Part shown: positions 30,341 through 44,221 of the stretch, piece after piece
Layout of the letters: each line of letters starts with the position of its first letter
Numbering within the stretch: position 1 is the first letter of the stretch
From: Blastocystis sp. Blastoise
Taxonomy: Eukaryota; Protista; Bigyra: Opalinata
DNA: 64,000 bases
Assembly (NCBI GenBank): GCA_039096225.1
Contig: JBBPEB010000006.1
Location: forward strand, 434,001-498,000
Direction of reading: 5' to 3'
The notes under the pieces: generated by a model
Told to the model about the DNA's origin: nothing
The model's database searches: none
The model's input: only the letters and a program-made list of their open reading frames with translations
Position numbers and translations under genes: made by a program

Positions 30341-31682
30341 CTTGAATTTGGATATTTTATTCTATATCATGTTATATAAACTACATATATCAATATATAC
30401 CTTATAATAGAGTAATAATAGAAATAAAATAATTTGAGCATCGTTTACTAAAGGATAAAAACGAATAATCTAATAAAACATTTTTAGTAGTTTCTTTGTT
30501 TTAATGATTATTATTATTTCTTTCTTTTTTTTGAATCTTATTATTTTCTTCTTATTACTTTCTCTTCACTTTTTTATATATAATTAATATACTTTATTCC
30601 ATAAATAAAGATATATGAATCAAATAAATCTTTTTTAATGAAAAGACGGGAATAATGAAAAATCAAGTATGAAGAAGAGATTTTTCTTGGTATTTTTAAT
30701 ATTTTGATTAAAATGATTTAGGAATGTTAATTTGATTAAAATGTGAGTATTCTTGGATAGAATGATTTATAAAGAAGAATATTGAATTGAATATGATTTA
30801 ATTAAAGAAAGAAATGAATGTGTTTTTGAAATTAGTATTCTTATATATGAAAGAATCAATGTATTATGAATGTACATGTGAATATAATATTCATAAAGGA
30901 GTAATTCATGATATTTGAAACCATTAAAATTGGTTTTTTAACATATATTCAAATATTTCATTGAAATTAATATAGAATAATAATTATTATATCTATTTAT
31001 GTGGCTAAGAAATCTTTATAATCATTAAATATAAGTAATGAGAGTTCGATCAAGAATTCAGTATATTATTCTTTAGATTATTTCATTTAAAACATCTATA
31101 GAATACATTATGAATGTAATAAATATATAATAAACAATGTTTTAATCAAACATAATTTCTTTTTCATAATATTTTCTTTCATAGGAATATTTACAAATAA
31201 TAAGCAATACTATCTTGAATAATATCAATGAAAGAATCGAAATAATGAATGATTAGAATAAAAAGGTGACTTTTATAAACAAAAAAAGAACAATTCTATT
31301 TTTCGCAAAAACTTTTTTAAATAATTATTTTCTAAATAATTCATTATAATAAATAAGATTTATAATATATAAACAAAAGAAAAACAATACTTTCAAATCC
31401 TTCAAATCCTTCAAAACATTCAGTTTATTCATTCCTGTTAAACCTAGTACTTTCAAAAGATGAGATTTCATCATAGAAAATACTATTTATTCTATTTCTA
31501 TTTGAGATTCTTGACGAATACTATTGTAGTCGATGACAATTCTTACGTAAAGAAGAAATCCATATATTATTGGTTCAAAGAATCAAAGGGAAATCAAATT
31601 GAATTCTCCTCAATTGTTTAGATTTCATTTTTTTTTTTTTGACATTTTTATTTTATTTTCATATTTTTTTTATTATTTGATA

Positions 31683-33167
31683 ATGGTAAAAGAAAAGGTA
31701 GGATACGATAATAGTAAGAATGGTGATATTCAGAAGAATATAATTCACTTTGAACAACTAGTTGTTGATTTGATTGGTCTTTTCAGTAAGTCAATTAGTT
31801 TCTGTAACCACTCTGGTGAATTCATCAATGAATTAATCAAACAATTAACTAGAAATAATGAAGGAATCAATCATAAAAATGAAGATGAGAAACAAGAAAT
31901 TCTTCAAGACTCTTCTTATATTCATGAATCTGATTTCAATATGGATAATGATATGGATTATATTCGATTTGCATGTAATGGTCTGATTTATTGTCTTCCT
32001 AAAAGAATAACAAACAGTTTAGAAGGTAGTTTAATTCATGAATATTCTGAAGATAGTCGAAGAACTAATGATGGAAGTATTTATTTAGATTATCGTAAAG
32101 ATGAAACGCTTCTCCCTTTTTTTATGGATAAATTAATGAATAAGAAAATAGATATTGAAGTATTAAATATGAAAGATCAAATTGAATTATTAGAATTATT
32201 TGAATATTGTTATTTACCTATTCCTGAAGAATTATTTAATTGTAAAGAAAGAAGAGATCATAATATGAGTTTTTATTATAAAGGTGATGAAGTTGTTCTT
32301 TATGTAAATAATAAGAGGGATGATATATTAAGAGATTATTGGAAGAAGAATGGATTATGGAATAAATATATTAATAAGTATTGTAATGGATATGTAGATT
32401 ATGATTCGAAAACAAATACTAGGTCTATTAAGATGAATTATACATATATTGATTATATAGATTATTATATTCTAAATGAATGTTTATTTATTGAAGATCA
32501 AGATATTATAAAAATGGACCAACAATTATTTGTGAATGAAATTTATAGTTTATTTGGTAGTGAAGGTTTAAAAGCTGTTAAAAGAGAAAATATGATAGGA
32601 AAACCAACTGTATTTATGAATTCCACTATAATAGAAAAGAAATGTTTTGAAACTCCCTTAGTGAATTGGTTAGGTAAAGAAAAGAAATGGAAATTATTAT
32701 ATAGAGCAAGTGAACATGATTATTCTTCAAGTGAATTCCATAAATGTTGTGATGATAAAGGAGAAACAGTGACTATTATTAAGCATATAGGTCATAATAA
32801 TATTGAGAATATTTTTGGAGGATATACAGATCGTACTTGGGCAGGTATTCAAGTTGATAAATTACCTTCAAAAGAATTTATATTTACATTAAATAATGAA
32901 TTTCATATTCCTCCGACAAAATATGAACATATTGGTAAAGGTAGAGGTATATATTGTGATATTACTCAAGGTCCACTATTTGGAGCAGGTAGTGATATAG
33001 TTATACGTAATAATTGTCATGCTCGTGATGCTACAAATTGGTGTAAATCATATTCATTTGCTACTGTAAATACTCCTCAAAAATCTGGATTGTTTGTAAA
33101 TACTGCTGGCTTTGATTCCAAGAATATCTTTACAGTTGAAGATTATGAAGTTTGGGGAAGAGCTTAA
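31683..33167 (+). CDS. BTB-like plus TLDc domain protein, intronless
   Basis: First ATG at 31683; C-terminal WKLLYRASEH..FHKCCDDKGETVTII..IFGGYT..GPLFGAGSDI..VEDYEVW is a TLDc domain. Confidence 0.9.
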   Translation: MVKEKVGYDNSKNGDIQKNIIHFEQLVVDLIGLFSKSISFCNHSGEFINELIKQLTRNNEGINHKNEDEKQEILQDSSYIHESDFNMDNDMDYIRFACNGLIYCLPKRITNSLEGSLIHEYSEDSRRTNDGSIYLDYRKDETLLPFFMDKLMNKKIDIEVLNMKDQIELLELFEYCYLPIPEELFNCKERRDHNMSFYYKGDEVVLYVNNKRDDILRDYWKKNGLWNKYINKYCNGYVDYDSKTNTRSIKMNYTYIDYIDYYILNECLFIEDQDIIKMDQQLFVNEIYSLFGSEGLKAVKRENMIGKPTVFMNSTIIEKKCFETPLVNWLGKEKKWKLLYRASEHDYSSSEFHKCCDDKGETVTIIKHIGHNNIENIFGGYTDRTWAGIQVDKLPSKEFIFTLNNEFHIPPTKYEHIGKGRGIYCDITQGPLFGAGSDIVIRNNCHARDATNWCKSYSFATVNTPQKSGLFVNTAGFDSKNIFTVEDYEVWGRA

Positions 33168-33827
33168 ACTATATATAGTCTTTATTTTCTTTTTTTTTTC
33201 TAAATAGATTATACTTTTTTTATATATATGTCTAGTTTGTTAATTTTTATGTTATTTTTAAATCAATGCATCATTTTTAGTATACATATATATTGTTCTA
33301 TCTAGTTTTGTAAACTCAATAAATTTAAAAAAAAATTATTTTTGTTTGTTCCATTTTTTATAAGAATATTGTTATAAAGTGAGAATTTTAGATATATATA
33401 TATATTTTCCAAAAACATTTTTTGTCAAATAGTATAGATATTTTGTTTTGAAATATATAAATAACAATAAGTTATATATAATAATACTTAATAACATTAA
33501 CTCTACAAAACTGAATGACCACTGTTATACTAGTATAGAGAAAACGGTTTTTTAGACAGTACTGATAGAAACAAAACATTAAAATAAAATAACGATGACT
33601 GTTAAATCTATTAATGGAAATACATAATAGTCAAAAATTTGACTAATAGTAGAATAAGTGGGAAATAACAAAATATAAAAAATATATAAGAATATAAATG
33701 AAATGAAAACTATTTATTTAAAAAAAAAATAAAATAATCAACTAATCAAGAAGCAAGTTTTATAAGAAGAAGAAAAATAAATAAAATATAATACAGAAAA
33801 ACTATATTTTGTATATAATATATTTAT

Positions 33828-36800
33828 TTAGATTTTTTGTTTAGTATCTTCTGTAGGTTGTTTAGTATCTGATTGTTTTTGTTCTACAGCTTTAGAAGCA
33901 GTATTTGAACTCTTAGAAACTTTAGCAAGCTTAGGTTTCTTATTATTCTTCTTACCGTTACAGACAGCAACAATAATAATAACGATAATGATAACAACAA
34001 CCACCACAACAATGACTATGATAGCCCAAATAGGGAATACAAATAAACAAGTTAATGTTTCTGGATCACAACGACCACTTTCACAATCTGAATCTACTAT
34101 ACATTTCTTACCATTAGAACAAGGAGAACAAATACTACCTCCACAATCTATATCTGTTTCTATACCATTTTGAGCAAGATCATTACAAACAGGACCTTGT
34201 GAAATAGAATCAGAATCAATAATAATACCAGTAGCTTCAGTCATTCCTTGATTTTGAAGTGTTTTTAAGAAAGATCCATCTTTATAACTATTTTGTAATA
34301 ATATATTCTTTTGTTCAGCTTCTGTAGAAGGAATGTTAATACGTATACTAACAGAAGTTCTTGATTGATATGTACTAGCTTTAAAGGCAGAAGTAGAAGA
34401 AGAAAGAACAGTAACTTTCATATCATAACAACATTTAATTTGAATACTTTGAGAAATAGCTAATTTTATATATTGAATTTGTGTTTCTGAAAGTGGTTCA
34501 GAAATACCTTCAATAGTAATTTTAGATAATAAAACATTAGTAACATCATTAGCAGCGTCATTAGTATTTTCACCAGAAATAATATCTAAAGATGCACAAG
34601 TAGTAGAAGAATAATTAATATCACAAGTACATTCAGCTATTTTAGTAAAACTATTAGCACCACAACTACCATGATTACTACATTCAATAAGTGGATTTAT
34701 TGTAGTACCAGGACAAGAAGTACAGCCAGCATCAGCATGATATTGTTCTGAAACACATGTACAACCACTAGAAGTACATTGACCAAGATTAGTTCTCATA
34801 TTACAATTATGTGGACAAATAGAATAATATTGATTTGTAATAGTAATAATATTATTAGTAATAGGAACATTAAGAGAATTATAAGTCATAGATATACGAA
34901 TTGTTTGAGAAGGAATATCACCATCAATAATAGGAGTAGTATATATATATTTATAATTACCAAAGCTTTCTCTAGTAATACTTTGAGAAACAATAGGTAA
35001 GAATCCACTAGGTAATAACCAAGAAATAGATAATGTAGTAGCATAATTAGTAACATCAGTAGGATTACCATAAGCATCATGTGTAGCAATTAATATAGAT
35101 ACTTCAGTATTTTGAGGAATATTTCCAGCTATACCAGTACCTGTTAAGATAATACCAGAAGGATCAGTAACAGCAGGATTAACGATAATATTATTCATAG
35201 GAGAATGAAGAATAGGAGTAGAAGTAACAGATCCACATTGACATTCAATAGATAATATATATGTACCTGAAGTAATAACACTAAAACTAATAGGAATAGT
35301 ACCTTCATTAGATAATGAACCAATATCAATAGGAGTTATAATATTACCAGAATTAAAAGTAGCAGTAACTTGTAATTCATTTATAGAAACACCACCTAAT
35401 ACAATATTAGATATATTAGTAATAAATTCATTATTAGAATTCTTAAGTCTAAGATTGAAAGTAATATAATCACCAGCATTAACAGGAGTATTAAGAATAT
35501 TATTAGTTACAGAATTACCTTCAATAACAAATTTAGATATATCAGGAGGATATGAGAAAGATAAAGTATAATCACCACTATTCATACCAGCAAAAGGTGC
35601 ATTATAAGTAGATATAAATGTATTAGCAGGAATAATTAAGTTATAAGTACCAGGAACAATAGAAGCAATATTAAGAATAACAATATTATTATTAATAGTA
35701 ACCATAGAACCAGGAACAGGAATATTAATAGTATTTTCTCCAACTAATTGAATAGTACCAGTAGCAGCTTGCATAGGAATAGAGAAAGTTAAACTAATTT
35801 GTATATTAGAAGGTAAAATACCAATAGAATTATGTGAAGGTACCATATTACTAATAATAGGAATAGAAGGAGTAGAGAAGGTAGTAGTAATAGCTGTATT
35901 TTGCATACCAACAGTATTTGTAATAAAACCAAAAGGAATATAGAAAGTATATGTTTTTCCATAACTAAGTGAAGAAGTAGAAGGAATTGTAACAGTTAAA
36001 GTATTTCCACTTATAACAATAGATGAAGTAGTAGTAGAATCAATAGAAATAATATCATCAAGAGAAGAAGAAATAATAATAGATCCAGTACCTAAAACAA
36101 TATTCGTAGAGAAAGTGAAAGTATATGTTTGTGATAAAGGAATATTACTAGCATTATCTTCAGGTATACTAGAAATAAGAGTAGGAGCAGCAGCTGTTTT
36201 ATAAGTGAAAGATAGTTGTTCACTCAACATATCTTTAGTATCTGTAAATATATTAGGAGGAACAAAAATATCATATGTAGTATCAGGTGTTAAAGGTGTA
36301 GTAATACTAATTTTAGCAGATAAACCATTACTATCAAGAACAGGAACAAAGCTTAAAAAGTCTCCTGCTACAAATAAAACGAGCATAGTATTATCAAGTG
36401 AAGCAATTTGTCTATTAAATGTAAATACCATATCAAAAGTATATCCTAAATCAATACTATTCATAGGAGGAGTAATAGTCATAATAAGAGGAGAAGCAAT
36501 AGTAAATGAATAATTAGTAATAGGTAAAGAAGAAATATCAGCTTCAACTGATTTTACTAAACCTTCAGGAGCAGTAATAGTATAAGTATCACTTACATGA
36601 TAAGATAATGAAATAGTTAATATAAGATTATCAGAAGATAATGTTATACGTTCATCATTTATATCTATATTCATATTATGATTAGCACTATTAATTTGTA
36701 TATTACCTTCACCTTTAACTACAGCTCTATCATAAGTAAATTTAATAATTTCATTAAGAGAAAGATCATTTGAACCATTTACAGGAGAATAAGTAATAAG

Positions 36801-39800
36801 AGTAGGTCTATATACAGTAGTAAATGTATATTCATTTTCATTTAATGGCTTATTCCCTACATTATAAATAGAATCCATAAATGTATTTTGAGGAACAATA
36901 AGTGAATAAAGTGTACCATATAATAAATTAGAATAAGTAATAGTAATAGTCATTCCATCTAAATGAATATCACTTTGAGGAATAGAAATAATACCATTAG
37001 TTGATTTTAATGAAGGTAATTGATTACCAAAAATAACAGGAGAAGACATAACAAGAATAATAGTACCAGTAATAGGAATATTCATAGAAGCAGTAGCAGG
37101 TACTTTAGAGTTAATAATAAGATCATCAGGATTAGGTGTAGAGAAAGAGTAACTACCTGATAGAAGACCAGGATAAATAGTATTACAATCATTAATAACA
37201 AAACCATTAGTAAGACTTAAAGTAAGTTGACTACCAGCAGATAATTGTTGAGAAGGAATAATAGTAATAGTTAAATTATCAGAAGATATAGTTACTTGAG
37301 AAATATCAATAGTCATAGGATTACAAGTAGTACTACCTATACAACTAATAGTAGCAGAACCAGAAGTACCTAAATGAATAGTTTCAGCAAAAGAAAGACT
37401 AATAGAAGAAGAATAAGGTACATTTTGAGCACCATTAATAGGATTATAAGTAGTTATTTGTAAAGGAGTACAAGAATTACCCATAGATGGATGATATTTA
37501 GATAATAAACTAATTACAGAAGATGAAGAACCTTGAGAATTAGTTACAGTAATAGTATATTCAGTATTATCAAATACAGCTACAGGAGTACCACGAATAG
37601 AACCTGTAGTAGTATCAAAAGTTAATCCTTCAGGTAGAGAAGGTTCAATAGAAAGAGTATATTCAGCAGCAATAATAGTAGGAGATGAAATCTTATTACA
37701 CATACAAGTATATAATTCATAATTTGTTTGAGAATAAATAGGTGATTGAGGAATAGAAAGTGTACATTGATTATTTAAATTACTCCAACCATTACTAGTA
37801 CAAGTATTTTCAATAAAACCTTCATAACCAGAAGGACAAGATTTTTGAATTACTTGACCTATATTTGCATTAGAGAAACCATCAGTAGCAGCACAATAAT
37901 TAGTAATAATTTTATTTTCTAATACAATTTCAGCTATTTCATAACCAGAACCACAACTAGGATGACGAACAGAAATTCTAAACATATTATAAGATTTTTC
38001 AGTATAGAAATCATAAGTTTTTCGTCCATCTATAGTATTATAACTACCAAATGAAATATTATCTTGTTCATGTAATTTGTCCCAATTTGTACCATCATTA
38101 GAACCAGATAAAGATATATAATTAATTAATCTATTATTATCTGAACTTCTATAGAAAGTATAACTATTAATATATTCTTTTCTATTATTATTAAATGTAT
38201 ATTGCATATAGATTAATTCACCATCAACATCACATCTATTAGTAAAGAATTTTGTCTTAAAATCACCATCTAAAGAATTAGGACATATTTCTGAATAACC
38301 ATTTTCATTATAACCCCATGTATTACATGAAACAACACCATCTTTTAATCTATAAGAACCACTTAATTGTAATAAGAAATTACAACTAAAAGTAGTTTCA
38401 GGAATAGTATCTATATTATGTATTTCAACAGCTAAAGTATTTAATCCTTCAACTAAATTACCAAATTGAACACTTCCTGTAACAAACCATTTAGTAGCAT
38501 CAGTATATTGTTCACTAGGTATGGTTGTACTATCAGATATACTAGGCATATGTAATCTTTGTATTTCTTGTCCATTAAGATATAATATACAACCAGCTTT
38601 TATCATTAATTGAATTTCATAAGAAGCATAATTTGATTTATTAACAATATTAAATGAAGTTATATAATATTGAGTAGTACCAGAAAGATTACTAAATGAT
38701 CCAGAAATAGATTTAGACCAAGTATTATATATAGAAGGATTTGTTAACCATTGAGAATCTATTTGAGGTATAGATGAATAAGACCATTCAGTTGTTTCAG
38801 GAGATATTAAAGAAGCTAAATTGAAATTTAATACTTTAGGAGATTCACCATATTGTAAAGCAGTTTTATATAAAACTTCATCATTATCAAGAGTAATAAC
38901 AACATGTCCCTTGTCCCAACCATTATTACCAGTATCTGTTAATACTAATTGATAAGAATCTGGTAACAAACAATAATCATAAGTCATATCAAGAGTCCAA
39001 GTAACAAAAGAAGAAATACTAGCAATTAAAGTACCTGAAGAAGTACTAATATAAAAACCATTTTGATATGCATCACCTTCTATTTGAACAAAATTAATAT
39101 GAATAAGTCTACTAGGTAAAGAACAAATACTAACATTAATTTGAATAGTAGTAGTAGAAACAGTACCTTGTATAGAAGTAGCAGTAATAGTATATAAAGA
39201 AGATGTAGTAGTAGTAGGAGTACCAGTAATACGACCATTAGAATTAGATATAGATAATCCTTCAGGAAGATCAGGAGTTATACTATAATTAGTATAATAT
39301 TCAGAAGTAGGTATAAGTGTAGTAAATTCTGTACCTACAAAACTAGTAATAGTTTGTATATTATAAGAAAGAGGAAGTATAACTAAATTATTAATATTCA
39401 CAGTATAGATTTCTAATTCAGCAACAACACAACGAGCACTATCTGCAAAAGAACTTTCATTATCTTCACAATAAAAACGATAAGCTACATATGAATATTG
39501 ATTGGAAGGAGCATAAAAACATTGTTTTTCAGATCTACTTAAAAAATGTACATTTTCTTGATGATCAATATCAACCCAATCATCTCTATTAATAGACCCT
39601 TTAAGTGTCCATTTCTTTGGATCTTGTTGAGGAGCATCCCAACCATTAACAATACAATATTTATTAACAGTTTCCGTTCTCCATTTATGAAAACCAATTT
39701 GTGCCCATTGAGTACGATCTCCTTCAGTACTATAACTAGCCCATCTTGTTTTATAATTAAAATCAATAATTTTATCACCATAAGAATCATTCCAAGCATG

Positions 39801-40743
39801 AGAACTTTGATCAGTCCAAGCATCATATGTTCTAGAAGCTACATTTGAATCTGTACTTATATGTAAACTAGTTTCTAAATCAGCAGTATGTTCATAATAA
39901 TCACCTTGACTAGTAATAACAATAGCAAATACATGAGAACCAGGTTGTAATAAACTCATAACTCCAGAAACTCTTCTTAATTCTCTATTTCCTGATAAAT
40001 TAGTACCTTCAGTTGCTTTAGTATTGATATCATAATTACCTAATGGCATACATACTCTTTGTATTTCTACACCATCAATATATACAATACTACCATCACG
40101 AACTTTTAATAAATAAATAAAAGATTGAGCTTCAGGAAGAGAAGTAATAGTAAATTTTTGTCTATATAACCACATTTGTTTAGAAGCTAGAGGAGGATTT
40201 GAAGGATCAAATATATCCCAATTACTATCATCAAAATTAGGAGAAGTCCAATTTTCAGGTATACTTTCAGCATTTGTTAATATTCTAAAATCAGTAGAAG
40301 TTTCAAAACCAAGATGTATAGGGAATGATAATGTTTGTTGTAAATATAAAGTAGTACGAATAGCTGTATAGGCAGAATCTCCTTGATAAAAATCAATAGC
40401 TATCATAGAAGCAGTAGACCAACCTTGACTTGAATGAGCAAATAAATTAACAGTATATAAACCAGAAGGCATACAAAAATAATCTTTTATACTATAAGTA
40501 CTATCATAATCACTAGCTAATAATTCACGTTCAAAAACTATAGTATTCGTAGAATCTACAATATTATATTTCTCCCAACCATCATAACTATCTTGACCAA
40601 TAAGACGATAAATATCAAAACGTATATCAGGAGAAGCACAAGCTAAAAATAGATATAGTATATAGATTATTTATTGGAGTTTTTTTATTTTATAATAAAT
40701 TTTTAAAATAAAAATAATGATTATTATATTATGATAGAAAAAG

Positions 40744-40782
<39 letters not shown>

Positions 40783-42043
40783 CATATATATATACTATAA
40801 GAAACAAGAGTAAGAGCAAATTCTTGTTCAATATTATTTGAATAATGTTTTGCTTTAATAGAGAAAGTACCAGTGAAATCATTATTGGAAGTACCACTAA
40901 TAATACCACTATTTGTATCAAAAGATAAACCATTGGATAATTCAGGAGTAATTGACCAATCAGTAAATCCATTTTGTGTAGGTTCTAAAATAATAGAGTT
41001 TATATTCTTTAAGAATTTATAAGTAGATTCAGGATATGCTAAAGTAGGTGTTTCTATAGGTTTATTACAAGCTAACCATTCAAATTCAGCTATTTCACCA
41101 TCACTATTCTTAACAACAGTTACTATAAAAAATATATATTAAAATATTAAAAAAAAACTTAATAATAAATAATATATATATACATATTTCATATCTATAA
41201 GTTCTAAAACGTTCAGTATTTGTAGGTAAATAAAAACGTCTAGTAATTCGTTTACCTGTAAAGACAACATTAGTTTTATAATCTAATAAAGTCCAATTAT
41301 TATTATCATTAGTACCAAATATCTTCCAACTATTAGGTCTTCTTTCATTCCATTGCCATCCAGTTGTTACTTCATAAGCATTAATCCATTCTTTTCTACA
41401 TATATATTATATATATATTGTTAAATAACGAATAGTATACGTTAATAATAATAAGAAGAAGAATATAATAAACTGATAATAAATATATACCTATCATCAG
41501 CAAAAGTATAATCAAGAGTAGCAGGAATATTACTATAATACCATAATGTTTGTATATCATCATCAAAAGCTTGAGCCATTGGGTTGGTATTATCAGTACC
41601 ATGATTCGAATTAATTATACCATCCTGGGTACGTCTTATACATTCTATATAATAATAATAAATAAAATATTATTATTATTCATAACAAAAATTTATGAAA
41701 TATTATTATTATTATAAATAAAAACATTATATAAATACCACCATAATGGAAAATAAAGAATGCTTTAAATTCATCTAATTCAATTGGAGTTGATGAAGTA
41801 TGAATTTCAATAGCAATAACAAGAGTAGCCGTATTTGTAATACTAGTAGTTATAGGGCCAGTTACTCTATATAATATATATACCACAATAAATATATATT
41901 TTTAATAATAGATATATTTATCCATAAAATAAAATTTACCTTCTGTAGAGACTATTTTCTTGAATAGAAATAGCAGTAGAAGTACTAGTAGCAGGTCTAT
42001 AATTATAGATTAATAAACAAAAGAGAAATAATAATAATTTAGT

Positions 42044-42085
<42 letters not shown>

Positions 42086-42998
42086 TATATACTCTTGAAC
42101 ATTATAAGAATAAATATTTTCTCCATTTACATAGATAATAACACCTTCTTTAGTAAAAACACCAAGTTCATAAATAGCATAAGAAGTTAAATCTGTAGGA
42201 ATAGTAATAGAAGTACGATAATATCTAGTAATAGATGAAGGATTAGGGAAAGATCCAGAAGATAAAGGAGTCCAAAGTGTATCTACAAAAGTAGGTTGAG
42301 TCCAAGAAGCATCTAGTTGACTTTCTACTGAATATTTCCAAGTAGTAGAATCATTAACAAGGAAATTAGCTATATAAAGAATATTATTATATATATAAAC
42401 ATTATAAAATAAGCATTTTTTATAAATGATAATATAAATTTAAAAAATAAATTATAAAAATAATAATAATATAATCTCAAAATACCATTAAAATAATATT
42501 CTTGACGAGTATATCTATCTAAAGTTCCTTGAGTTAAAGTAACTCCAGTTGTAGTTTTAACCACAAAAGTAGATCCGTTAGACCATCCATTATTATCACT
42601 ATATATTTAATATATATATATATATATCAAATATCGTCAAAAGAAGCAAAATATAAAAAAATTAAAAATATTAAAAAAAAAAGAATTATATGTTTATGCT
42701 TACCCGTCGATAGCTACAAAAGTATAGACAACAGGATTTAAGCATATTTCGAAAGTTTTGACAGAATTTTTCAAAACCAGCACCATTATGACTAAGAACA
42801 AGAACACCAGTATTACTGTTTCCTTCCCACAATTCAAATCTTTCTTCAGAAGAGGAGGATTTATAAGTTCTGGTTACGGTAGCTCCAATTTGACTTGAAG
42901 TACAGCTGACTGCTTGTGCAGTAACTAAAGTTTATATAACTAAAAAATCATCTAAATATACCAAGAAATAAAAAAACGAGTTCAATTAAAAACTTCAT
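33828..42998 (-). CDS. Giant type I membrane surface protein: F5/8-C (discoidin/CBM32) and galactose-binding-like domains, putative-Ig (He_PIG) repeats, SbsA/Big_5 Ig-like repeats, filamin-like, EGF and Cys-rich domains, TM; apparent +1 frameshift near 42770
   Basis: Signal peptide MKFLIELVFLFL|VTAQA at 42998; 2214-aa terminal ORF with DPKKWTLKGS, ITPDLPEGLSISNSNGRITGTP, PxNGAxNVP..ISLSFxE repeats, CSNHGSC, NGIETDIDCGG and a TM followed by a Lys-rich tail. Confidence 0.9.
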
Positions 42999-44221
42999 TC
43001 TATTAATTGCTAAAAGTAATTAAAATTTACATTGAAAACAGTTTTAAAAAGGGAATAGTAATTGATCAATTGCTCAAATCACAAAAAGCAAATGAAAATG
43101 TCTATTTTAAATTTCCCCTTGGGAATAATGAAAGAATAAGCAAGAAATAAGATATAATCAATATATAATGTGAGATACACAAAATGGATTTCTACTCAAT
43201 AATTGGATATTTGATTTCAAACAATGAAGACAGGAATATATCTCATTTTCTTAGTAACATCTTTAGTAAACTGACATAGAAAAATCATGAAAATTCCAAA
43301 ATTATCACTTAAAATTTTAGAAACATAAAAATGATGATGTTGAATATGTATTGAGATACATAATCTGAGATTCATATTCTAAACAATATATTGGTTAAAA
43401 TAAAGAGGTCCTTCCTCCTTTTCATCTACTGGTCTACAACAATATCTCGAAAAACTATTGGAACATTAATGTTAATTACAAAAACTGACAAGGAAATGAG
43501 ATCAATTTTTAACAAGAAATTCTGTCCATAATTCTAGGAGCAAATGAAATATCAAAATATACTTTGGAATCCATATTTGATACATTAATGTAGTTGGATC
43601 ATTCTATAACGTTGATAAAAGACGAACTAAAAAGATTAATTTAGCAAGTATAGTTTTTCGACAAAAAATGGCTTTGATTGATTATAGGCTTGTTTTTATT
43701 ATATACACTGTATCTATTCTTTATATCATGAATGAAGTATCAATTATAAGGAAAACACTAGTTAATTTGTTTTACTCATTGTTGACTATAACAGAGATAA
43801 TGCTTGTTTTGACAAGAGAATAAGATTGTTCTCGTTTCAAACTTGTTATGGAAGCGAATATTGTAAACCAAAAATGAATGAACAACTTTCTGATATCCAG
43901 AATCATAAAATATATGCATATATATATAGTAGCATATATAGTAATACATAACGAGCATATAAAAAGATATGTTATCCTAATTGTAACACATTTTTTGTGT
44001 TGAACTTGTTCATTATACATGGAATATTAGCAGCACAAGGTAGTTTTATATATATTGTTATGATTTTAAAAAAATATTGTATATCTAAATATTTTAAATG
44101 AAAAAAGAACTTTTCTAAGGTTCTTTTTTTTTTTTCTTTAAAAAAGTACGTTTTTTGAATAAAACATACAAGTAATAATTTTATAAAAACGAGATTTATA
44201 TTAGCTACAAGATAATACACA

